From Candidatus Dojkabacteria bacterium (lineage in GTDB: Bacteria > Patescibacteriota > Dojkabacteria > SC72), in the NCBI GenBank assembly GCA_012513575.1, contig JAAZBX010000002.1, positions 104,574 through 168,573 on the forward strand: 64,000 nucleotides of DNA, read 5' to 3'. Position 1 is the first letter of the stretch. The number at the start of each line of letters is the position of its first letter. Made by a program: the position numbers and the translations under genes. The notes beneath the pieces are model-generated. The model searched no databases and was not told the DNA's origin. It saw only the letters and a program-made list of their open reading frames with translations. Shown here in pieces: positions 20,201-28,574 of this stretch.

Positions 20201-20632
20201 CTATCTTCTTACTGAAATTACTTTTCCCTCTGCCCTTGGAGCAGCAATCTGAATCCTTGTACCTACTGTACAAATTGTGTAGCCAGTAATAGCATCTGTT
20301 CCATTTGTTGGATCTGTTGGGATTGAGACAATGTAGTCTTGATCCTCAGCTGTTAGAATTGTGAGGTCAATACCCTCCGTACCAATCGATGAAGGACCAT
20401 CAACATCGTCACATGATTTTATTCCTTCTGGGAGCTCATTCCTATCAGTTGTGTACTGTGTAACCGCATTTAGGATTGAGTTCACATCTGAGCTCCTCTG
20501 TGCATTTCTAGTATCCTTGAAGTTCTTTCCAGGATTGATAGCAACAATTGTTATTGTAGCAAGAATGATGATCAATGCTACAACAACAAGGATCTCGATA
20601 AGTGAGAAGCCCTCGTATCTTTTTCTACTCAT
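20201..20632 (-). CDS. Type IV pilin (probable major pilin)
   Basis: EG|FSLIEILVVVALI; RNAQRSSD; Cys pair. Confidence 0.9.
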   Translation of the reverse strand: MSRKRYEGFSLIEILVVVALIIILATITIVAINPGKNFKDTRNAQRSSDVNSILNAVTQYTTDRNELPEGIKSCDDVDGPSSIGTEGIDLTILTAEDQDYIVSIPTDPTNGTDAITGYTICTVGTRIQIAAPRAEGKVISVRR

Positions 20633-20709
20633 AGAAAAATATATTAAATAAAATTAAGTACATATTTAATATACGAGGTAATCGAGAGTGTGTCAATTGT
20701 AAAGAATTC

Positions 20710-21537
20710 TTACTTAGCAAAATCTAAACTTCCAAGAATTGAATCTAAAGCAGTAAGTTCCTCTTCACTTGCATCTTGAGAAATCCACACATTAAAAAGT
20801 GGCACAGGACTTACTTCTTCAAGCCCTTTTAGTACTAACCAGTTACTTTCACATTGAGCCTCAAAAGTATTAGTACTTCTATCAGTATCATAGAATACTT
20901 TGGTTTCAACTCTTCTGAGTTCTGTACCAAACAGAGAGATCTCAGAATATTTTGTGTCTGTATAGTCAAGGACATTAGCTTGTATTCCGATTTCTTCATT
21001 TTGTTGATTCTGTTTCTCTTCAAAGTCTTCTGGGGAGTCTTTAAAAAGAACAATTTGAGAGCATCCTACACTCCCAACCCCATCAAGTATTTCAAGTCTA
21101 AAGATATTCTTGCTTTCGTGAGAGATCTCAAATTTTGTCAACCCACTATACTGAACCCCTTCGGTAACCATGTCGCTTTCTTCCCCATTTTTAAACTCTT
21201 TAATACTCCATCCTTGTGGTATTTCTGTGGTAAGATACTCACCTTGAAATTTTACTAATTCAGGTTCCTTTACAGTTTCTTCTTCTTTCTTTTCTTCCTC
21301 TTCTTCTATAGTATTGGTGGGGTTCTTTTCTGTAAAGTATCCTTCCTTAATAAAGATGTAAGTTCCCATTGCAATAACAGCAAAAAACAATATGAAGATT
21401 ATTACCATTAACCCTTTATTACCCTTTGTCTTCTTCTTCTCAACCTCGGCAATTGCTTCCTCCCCAGCTATGTTTACTTGATTATTCTCCTTAACAATCG
21501 TACCGTCCAAAGGAGTATTATTTGAATTCTCGTCCAT
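20710..21537 (-). CDS. Single-TM surface protein of unknown function
   Basis: One TM, acidic linker, extracellular domain with Cys pair. Confidence 0.65.
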   Translation of the reverse strand: MDENSNNTPLDGTIVKENNQVNIAGEEAIAEVEKKKTKGNKGLMVIIFILFFAVIAMGTYIFIKEGYFTEKNPTNTIEEEEEKKEEETVKEPELVKFQGEYLTTEIPQGWSIKEFKNGEESDMVTEGVQYSGLTKFEISHESKNIFRLEILDGVGSVGCSQIVLFKDSPEDFEEKQNQQNEEIGIQANVLDYTDTKYSEISLFGTELRRVETKVFYDTDRSTNTFEAQCESNWLVLKGLEEVSPVPLFNVWISQDASEEELTALDSILGSLDFAK

Positions 21538-21634
21538 AAAATATTTAATATAATTTTATTATTTCAGTATAACCCAAATTAAAAATTTGGGATATGGTAA
21601 AATAATAAGCTATATTATTTTTTACAGCATTCAT

Positions 21635-22645
21635 TTGAAAAAATTACTCATAGGAATTCTTTTTGTTTTGCTTTTTCCGATTCCTTCTTTTGCAAAGGAG
21701 CAAGTAACTCTTTTTTGGGGGGTCACATGTCCATACTGTCATACAGTAAGAGAAAAAATTTCTGAAGAGAAACTAGATGAGAAGATAGATATTGTTGAAA
21801 TTGAGCTACAGGAAAACAAGGAGAACTTACCTAAGTTTGAGGAAAAAATTAAAGAGTGTAATATTAATCCTCAGCAAGCGGGGATTCCAATGCTTTTTGT
21901 TGATGGAAAATGCTATCAAGGAGTTGACCCCATAATGGAAAAACTAAACGGTATGGTTGAAGGAAAAGATGTCAATGGCTCAATTGAGGAAATAGATTTG
22001 GTTGAAGGCAAAAGAAATACAGAGATAATGATTGGAATTGTATCTCTTTTTCTTGTTGTGCTCGTTTTGTTCGGATACTACAGACAGAATATGAAGACAA
22101 GCAGAAAGAAAGATGCAAAAAAATCAAAAAAGGTATACACCTTAATATTGTTTTTGCTAGCTCCTTTGTTTTTTGCTTCCAAAACATACGCCATATGTCC
22201 ACTATGTACCATCGCTGTGGGCGCAGGAGTAGGATTCTCAAGATCATTGGGTATAGATGATCTAATTGTAGGACTTTGGGTCGGAGGTCTTCTTGTTTCT
22301 AGTAGTATGTGGCTTTTCGAATGGCTAAAATCTAAAAAGATTGCAAAGAAGCACACTGAGACATATTGGGCTTTTGGTGCTGCAACGTTAATGTTTGCTC
22401 TAACTCTCATACCTCTAAAGATGGCAGGTATTATTGGTCATCCTTTTAACAAAATGTTTGGAATAGACAAGGTTTTGCTAGGGGTAGTAATTGGGAGTGT
22501 TGTATTTTTTGCTTCGGGGAGATTACACTTTTACCTCAAGAGTAAAAACAAGGACCAAGTATATTTCCCTTATCAAAAAGTTGTAATACCTGTTGGAGCG
22601 TTGTGGTTGACTACAATTATCTTGTATTTAATAGTATACTATTAG
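21635..22645 (+). CDS. Exported thioredoxin/glutaredoxin-like domain (CPYC) fused to a CPLC-containing membrane domain
   Basis: Signal peptide from TTG 21635; FWGVTCPYCH and GIPMLFVDG; then ICPLCTIAVGAG and ~4-5 TM. Confidence 0.75.
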   Translation: MKKLLIGILFVLLFPIPSFAKEQVTLFWGVTCPYCHTVREKISEEKLDEKIDIVEIELQENKENLPKFEEKIKECNINPQQAGIPMLFVDGKCYQGVDPIMEKLNGMVEGKDVNGSIEEIDLVEGKRNTEIMIGIVSLFLVVLVLFGYYRQNMKTSRKKDAKKSKKVYTLILFLLAPLFFASKTYAICPLCTIAVGAGVGFSRSLGIDDLIVGLWVGGLLVSSSMWLFEWLKSKKIAKKHTETYWAFGAATLMFALTLIPLKMAGIIGHPFNKMFGIDKVLLGVVIGSVVFFASGRLHFYLKSKNKDQVYFPYQKVVIPVGALWLTTIILYLIVYY

Positions 22646-22668
22646 ACTTAAATTGACTTTTTTTGTTT

Positions 22669-23115
22669 ATGCCAAAAGGAAAAAAAGTAACTGCCGAGGA
22701 TGTGAACAAATTGGTTGAGAAGTATGATGCTTTAAAAAAAGATGAGAAGCTTGATTTGTCTGCCGATGAAGATTTGTCTATTGCAATCATGAACCTCATT
22801 TCAATCGAAGAGCATTTGTTCTTTAGTGGCGGGAAAACAGGAAATAGTAAGTATTATGAACTTCTAAATGAGGTAAGAGATATGAGGAAGGGATTGCTTA
22901 AGAAAATTATCAAAGAGTATGAGGGAGAGGTATGGTGTATTTCTAAGCATCTTCTTGCAAGTAGCTACCGACTTATGGAATATGGTACTAAATGCTTGGG
23001 AAGAGGAAAGAACAAGGAGGCCTACGATATGTTTGAGAAAGCATACAACTTGTATTCTCTGTTTTGGGCTTTGAATATGGGAGTTATTAATCTAAGTGAA
23101 GTTAAAGAGGCGTAA
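22669..23115 (+). CDS. Helical hypothetical protein (ISIEEH, WCISKH)
   Basis: ORF directly after the thioredoxin fusion, same strand. Confidence 0.7.
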   Translation: MPKGKKVTAEDVNKLVEKYDALKKDEKLDLSADEDLSIAIMNLISIEEHLFFSGGKTGNSKYYELLNEVRDMRKGLLKKIIKEYEGEVWCISKHLLASSYRLMEYGTKCLGRGKNKEAYDMFEKAYNLYSLFWALNMGVINLSEVKEA

Positions 23116-23213
23116 TGAAGAAGGAAATGAAGAAGAAAAAAGCAAAGAAGAATGATTTTTGGAGTAAAATTGGAGACGTTGTAAAAAACGCTGTGGATTG
23201 CTGTATAGAGTAG
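23115..23213 (+). CDS. 32-aa peptide ending DCCIE (or frameshifted C-terminus of the preceding gene)
   Basis: TAATG stop/start overlap; MKKEMKKKKAKKNDFWSKIGDVVKNAVDCCIE*. Confidence 0.55.
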   Translation: MKKEMKKKKAKKNDFWSKIGDVVKNAVDCCIE

Positions 23214-23216
23214 GAG

Positions 23217-23801
23217 TTATTTAGTCTTAGGCTCTGGCTCTTGTACGGGTCCTAATTTCTTCTTAACTAGGAAGTAGTAAAGTATTCCTGGGATTATCCC
23301 AAACCCCATGAGTGTACCAGCGATTAGTATTACCATCCAGAGAGTTTTGTCTTGGAATTCCCTTTTGTTACAATCAATTAGCATAATAATGTTGAGGATT
23401 ATTCCTCCAAATGCAAGAAGACCAAAGAGTATCAATATTCCAAGAAAGACAAAGATACTTCCAAAGACTGCCACAATACCGTCCTCAATATTCTTTACGG
23501 GGGCATCATCAACCATTCTAGAAATGTCCTCGATATCACCTTGAATCTCTTCTCTCTGAGTATCAAACTCGTCCATTTTCTCTTCAAACAGTTCGTATGT
23601 TTCTCCAGTATCAGGAGCTTGCTCTTTGGCTTTTTCAAGATTCTCCTCCATTAGCTTTTTTGTTTCTTCCATCTGTAAATCGATCTCTTCATCTGTAGGT
23701 AATTGGGAAAGAATATTTTTTTGTTCCGCAAAAGAGTGTAGTGGTAAAAGGAGTATAAAGAAAAATACAAAGGTAGAGATTTTTAATATATTTTTAACCA
23801 T
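23217..23801 (-). CDS. Membrane protein with C-terminal PLDc_N-like hairpin
   Basis: Signal peptide, acidic helical region, MLIDC...KTLWMVIL...GILYYFLVK. Confidence 0.6.
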   Translation of the reverse strand: MVKNILKISTFVFFFILLLPLHSFAEQKNILSQLPTDEEIDLQMEETKKLMEENLEKAKEQAPDTGETYELFEEKMDEFDTQREEIQGDIEDISRMVDDAPVKNIEDGIVAVFGSIFVFLGILILFGLLAFGGIILNIIMLIDCNKREFQDKTLWMVILIAGTLMGFGIIPGILYYFLVKKKLGPVQEPEPKTK

Positions 23802-24057
23802 TAATGTATATCCCTAAATTAATATGCATATTGTTGCATAGGGATATTTGGTTGTCAATTTGAAATAATACGGGGATATTACAGAAATTAAATAAATAAT
23901 ACAGAAAAAATACAAAGAAAATATTGAGAAAGGGCTTTAGAAAGGAAAATGTCATGTGGGAGATAATATGAGATAGAGATATAGTACAAAAAGCTTACAG
24001 TGAAGATTTAGCTCTCTCTATCTTGCCTTCTTTGATCTTAACAAGTATATTACAGAA

Positions 24058-24873
24058 ATGAACACATCAAAATTTCTCAAAAAGGAAATAAACATGTCTC
24101 TCTTTCTCATATCAATATTAATATTGATAACAGTAATAGGTATACAAAGTACGAAAATTACAAACCTTCAAACGAGAGTAAACAAATCAAAAAGAGAGCT
24201 ACAAGAAGATTCTACAAGATTAACGTCAACATATGGGGTGGAAGAGTACATTCTTAATTGGAATGGAGTAATAGATGGATTCGAAAGAGAATACGAATTC
24301 ATATCATCTCCCAAATACTACCTTACGAATGAAAGAAACAAAGTAAGTGACACATGGATTCTTAGAGGGGGATACAGGTTGGAATTGGATTGTCCCGAGA
24401 TAGACTCTATGGTTATAGTCCCAGAAGACCCCTACGGTTGTAAGGTAAAATACAACGATCAATTAATTCGTTCTGATGTGAGATTCAACCTTGTTCCATG
24501 GGGAGTAGGTAAGTCCACACCATCATATGTAGATTTGGTTGTATACTCTCCGCGCAATAGTACAATAGAGGGTTTAGAGATTCTTGCATTAGGGGGCTAT
24601 CGTGGAGGACAGGTTGATGATATTTTCATATACAGGTTAGAAGATGGCGAAGCAGAATTAACACCTTTTAGTTTTCAAAACGAGCTTCTCCAATCATGGT
24701 CAGTTGAGAGTTCCATGAGTATTGGTTTGTATTACAACACAGCTGGAGATGTAAAACTAGTTACAGCATACTATGACCATATTGAGGATTTAGTAGGACC
24801 AGTAATTAGAGAGTGGAAACTAGGAAAGAATTCTTTGACTTTAGAGAAATCATTTGGTATTTCTACCAACTAA
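24058..24873 (+). CDS. Hypothetical exported/membrane-anchored protein
   Basis: N-terminal TM, 271-aa ORF. Confidence 0.65.
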   Translation: MNTSKFLKKEINMSLFLISILILITVIGIQSTKITNLQTRVNKSKRELQEDSTRLTSTYGVEEYILNWNGVIDGFEREYEFISSPKYYLTNERNKVSDTWILRGGYRLELDCPEIDSMVIVPEDPYGCKVKYNDQLIRSDVRFNLVPWGVGKSTPSYVDLVVYSPRNSTIEGLEILALGGYRGGQVDDIFIYRLEDGEAELTPFSFQNELLQSWSVESSMSIGLYYNTAGDVKLVTAYYDHIEDLVGPVIREWKLGKNSLTLEKSFGISTN

Positions 24874-24894
24874 AGAATTGCTTACTTTCTCTCT

Positions 24895-26115
24895 TTAAAC
24901 AAACGTAAGTGCATACCCCTTTTTCCCAGCTCTTCCTGTTCTACCTATTCTGTGAATGTAATCATCATAGTTTTCGGGCATATCGTAGTTAATGACATGT
25001 GTAATATTGTTTATATCCAACCCTCTAGATGCCACATCTGTTGCAATTAAGATATTTACGTAATCTTTCTTAAATGAATCGATAATTCTTGATCTTTGCG
25101 ACTGTCTTTTATCCCCATGCAATGCATTAACCTTAATTCCTTTTTCAATTAATTTATTTGAAAGAGCATCTGCCTGTCTTTTAGTTCTAGTAAATATCAA
25201 TACCTTCTTGAATTCCTCTTTGTTAATATATTGGTACAACACATCAAACTTCGTCTCCCCTTCTTTTAAACGTATTACATCTTGATCAACATTCTTTCCT
25301 TTGGATTCTTCCTCTATCTGTATCTTTACCGGTTTCTTAAGTAGAGTATTGGCAATCTCCTCGCTTTTTCTGTTCATAGTGGCTGAGAAAAAAAGAGATT
25401 GTTTGTTCTCATTTAACTTCGAAATGATAAAACGAATGTCTTCGATAAAGCCCATATCAAGCATTCTATCTACCTCATCTAGCACTACATTATTTATTCT
25501 AAGTAAATCAATAGCTTTTCTACCAATTAAATCTTTCAATCTACCTGGTGTGGCTATTACAAAATGAGGATCTCTTTTCAAAACTCCTATCTGTTTCCCC
25601 ATACTGTTTCCTCCCATAATTAATACAGATCTCATACCTGTATTTCTTGCAAGTTGCAAAAATTCATCCTGTATTTGCATTGCTAACTCTCTTGTAGGTA
25701 CTACAATTAGAAACCTTTGAGAACTGTCTAGCACCCCTTTGTTTATCATAGGGATGAGAAATGCCGCTGTCTTTCCTGAGCCTGTATTTGCAATACCTAA
25801 AATGTCTTCTCCTTTGAGAATATGTGGTATTGCCTCATACTGAATCTTAGTTGGGCTTGTATATTTTTTGTATGTAATATTCTTTTTTAATTCTTTTGTT
25901 AAATCAAATTCTAAAAGATTATGATCTAATACATATATGCTTGGGAGGTCTTCAAATACAGCCTTAGCTATTAGCTGGCTGACATTTATACTACTTCCTC
26001 TTTTGTTGTACCCACCACCTCTTCTACTATTGCTGTATGAAGAACTTCTGTATGACGGTCTCCTTCTGCCGTAACGATTGTTACGTGCGTATTTATTTGT
26101 GGAATTGTTTTCCAT
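24895..26115 (-). CDS. DEAD-box RNA helicase
   Basis: ANTGSGKT, PTRELA, TPGR, LDEVDRMLDMGF, SAT, HRIGRTGR. Confidence 0.95.
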   Translation of the reverse strand: MENNSTNKYARNNRYGRRRPSYRSSSYSNSRRGGGYNKRGSSINVSQLIAKAVFEDLPSIYVLDHNLLEFDLTKELKKNITYKKYTSPTKIQYEAIPHILKGEDILGIANTGSGKTAAFLIPMINKGVLDSSQRFLIVVPTRELAMQIQDEFLQLARNTGMRSVLIMGGNSMGKQIGVLKRDPHFVIATPGRLKDLIGRKAIDLLRINNVVLDEVDRMLDMGFIEDIRFIISKLNENKQSLFFSATMNRKSEEIANTLLKKPVKIQIEEESKGKNVDQDVIRLKEGETKFDVLYQYINKEEFKKVLIFTRTKRQADALSNKLIEKGIKVNALHGDKRQSQRSRIIDSFKKDYVNILIATDVASRGLDINNITHVINYDMPENYDDYIHRIGRTGRAGKKGYALTFV

Positions 26116-26259
26116 TATTAAGTTTATTAATTTTATTTTCAGTTCTATAGAGGTAAATGAAAATAAAAATGTTTAACCTAATATGGATATGAGGCGATTA
26201 TTTCGTTTAAATCTAATCAAACGGATATGAGTATATCACAAATGTTTGAAAAGACCTAA

Positions 26260-26790
26260 TTAATGTTCCTTTACATCTCCGTATTTACCAGTAATGGGGT
26301 CTTTGAAGAGAAATATCTTGGGAGGGTAGTAGGAGAATATAGCAAATATTCCAACTATTCCAAGAGAGAGTAGAAGAGCAATCTCTTCTGGGAAGAGATA
26401 TATGTTCTCCTTGAGGAAGTATGACTGAGTTAGTAGTCCAAATAATATTGAAAGTATGAATATTAGGATGGTTACAGAGAAGGGGACTTTTTTAAGAAGT
26501 AAACGGAGAGGTTCAAATAGTAGGGGGATTGAGGTCACTTCTACGAGAAGTAGTATGAATATGGAATTAAAGAGGTTTGTATAGGTTTCTTTTAGAAATA
26601 TATATTGTAATATACCTACCAGTATTGTTGGTGCAACTAGTAGCTTCATGTGTTCCCATGTACTTTCATTTAATGCAGAGAATATGTGAAGAAGAATTCC
26701 CTTCTTTATCCAATCATGTGTGAAATGTAGGAGAGAGCCAAAAATGATCAGGAAGCAGAAAGAGAGGATCAAGATACTATATATATCCAT
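26260..26790 (-). CDS. Membrane protein (DUF6512-like)
   Basis: GSLLHF, NESTWEHMKL, YYPP...LFKDP motifs. Confidence 0.65.
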   Translation of the reverse strand: MDIYSILILSFCFLIIFGSLLHFTHDWIKKGILLHIFSALNESTWEHMKLLVAPTILVGILQYIFLKETYTNLFNSIFILLLVEVTSIPLLFEPLRLLLKKVPFSVTILIFILSILFGLLTQSYFLKENIYLFPEEIALLLSLGIVGIFAIFSYYPPKIFLFKDPITGKYGDVKEH

Positions 26791-27106
26791 ACCTTAGTAT
26801 ATATGTAGGAGAGATATTTTCCAATATGGATACAGAATTTGGTAGAAGACAAGTAAATGAGAAAAGGGAGAAATCTGTTTTTCCCGAGCCTCCCAGGCGA
26901 CAGCCCATAGTGTTGAGTCCCCAGCCCAATTTTGGTATAATATGTTGTATTAAGACCAAAAGTTTCCTTTTAAGGAACAGTCTTTACAAATATTGCACCT
27001 TAATAAATATTAATATTGGCAAGGATAGTACTCCTCCTTTAGGGTGGTATTACCCTTGTCAATATAATCAAGAGTCCATATACAAAATACAAAAAAGGAG
27101 ATTACG

Positions 27107-28108
27107 ATGGAAATTTTCGCAAATGGAGTAGCTACATTGCTGTTTGTCTTGTTGTTCTTGGGGGCAGTAGTTTTTGTGCTTTCCCTAATCTTTGAGGGTC
27201 GCTCTGATGCCCTTTTGATCATCCCTGCGGTGATGCTGGTTTGTTCCGTCTTTGGGTTAAGCTACAGCACAACTCATAGAGTTGTCCCAGCGAATCAGAG
27301 GTGGGTCGTTATCAACACTCTCAAGGGAGAGGTTCAAGGGGGTGTGAGAAAATCTGGGATTACAAAGATGCCTTTGATCCGGGATATTCACAAGTACCCT
27401 GGGGCACAAGAACAGCCATTTTGTATACAATATACCCCAGCATTAAAAGAGGGATATGAAATCACTGTAGACATCTGCGGCAACTATGATGCCTCCATCT
27501 TGGATTGGGAGCAAATTTACAAAGCGTACAACTTCACTGGAGAAGAGCAATTGCTTGCACATTGGGCTAACCAGTCCAAGGAAGTTGTAAGTTTGGCTTT
27601 CGTAGGTGTCGACTATTCGAAGTTGACAACTGAAAGACCTCAAGTTTCCAATCAGGTAAGAGAGAATCTTAATCCTTGGTTTGAGGATTGGGGAGTTTCT
27701 GTGTCTAATATAGTACTTAAAAATTGGGACTTCACGTCTGAGCAAGTGAAGCTGCAGGTTGATAGAGCTAGCTCTGCATCTATGCAAAAGACGATCGAAT
27801 CTCAATTACTGGAAGCAGCCAAACTGGCAAGAGAGCGTCAATTGTATGAGGTAGAAACTGCAAATTTGATTCTTAAAGAGAGGGGTTTAGGTCTTAAAGA
27901 CTTAATAGAATCTCTTGGGATCAAAGATGATAGTGCTAAGGCACAAATTGCTACCCAAATGACTTGGTACGCTTATGCTGAAAATCCCCCTGAGGGAGTT
28001 CAGATTGTTTTGTCTGTAGGAAGTGGAGGTAGTGTCCCAGTTTCAATTCCAATTGATTTTGGTAACATTACTACCGTTCCGGAAGTACCTGTTGAAGGTG
28101 AAAAATAA
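27107..28108 (+). CDS. SPFH/band-7 (prohibitin-like) membrane protein
   Basis: 2 N-terminal TM, WGVSVSNIVLKNWDF, coiled coil; SD AAGGAG 27095-27100. Confidence 0.7.
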   Translation: MEIFANGVATLLFVLLFLGAVVFVLSLIFEGRSDALLIIPAVMLVCSVFGLSYSTTHRVVPANQRWVVINTLKGEVQGGVRKSGITKMPLIRDIHKYPGAQEQPFCIQYTPALKEGYEITVDICGNYDASILDWEQIYKAYNFTGEEQLLAHWANQSKEVVSLAFVGVDYSKLTTERPQVSNQVRENLNPWFEDWGVSVSNIVLKNWDFTSEQVKLQVDRASSASMQKTIESQLLEAAKLARERQLYEVETANLILKERGLGLKDLIESLGIKDDSAKAQIATQMTWYAYAENPPEGVQIVLSVGSGGSVPVSIPIDFGNITTVPEVPVEGEK

Positions 28109-28133
28109 TAACTCTTGATTAAAAGGTGCATTT

Positions 28134-28184
28134 ACCCCACAAAGTTTTTATCTATTTAATAGATATTTACCGAGTGGGGTTTTT
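28134..28184 (+). terminator. Putative intrinsic terminator
   Basis: ACCCCAC/GTGGGGT stem with inner TATCTA/TAGATA stem, followed by a T-run. Confidence 0.55.
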
Positions 28185-28283
28185 GCATTTTATAGGGGAG
28201 AGGACGTGTAAATCCCTTTTCTTCCGAGTAATTCTTAGATGGTATAATTATATATATGTAATTAATTTTATTACATCAATTTT

Positions 28284-28562
28284 ATGGAAATTAAAATAAA
28301 AGATTCGGTTAGTTGTATTAATGGGAAGGGGGATGAGGATTATACTTATATCTTTGATGCAGAATCAAAGTCCCATATTTTTATTTGTAACGCATTACTA
28401 AAAGAACTTGGGTACGAGAATTTAGAGGAAAAAGAAGAGGAGATTTTTCTTCAAATCACAAATGCTTTAGATTATGGGACATTTCATGAGGAGCATCTTA
28501 AAAAGGGCATTTTTATTAGAACAGAAGAGGAATTTAGGGATAATTTGTGTAAGAATCTTTGA
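28284..28562 (+). CDS. Hypothetical protein
   Basis: 92-aa ORF preceded by TGGTATAAT. Confidence 0.55.
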   Translation: MEIKIKDSVSCINGKGDEDYTYIFDAESKSHIFICNALLKELGYENLEEKEEEIFLQITNALDYGTFHEEHLKKGIFIRTEEEFRDNLCKNL

Positions 28563-28574
28563 AGATGGGGACTT

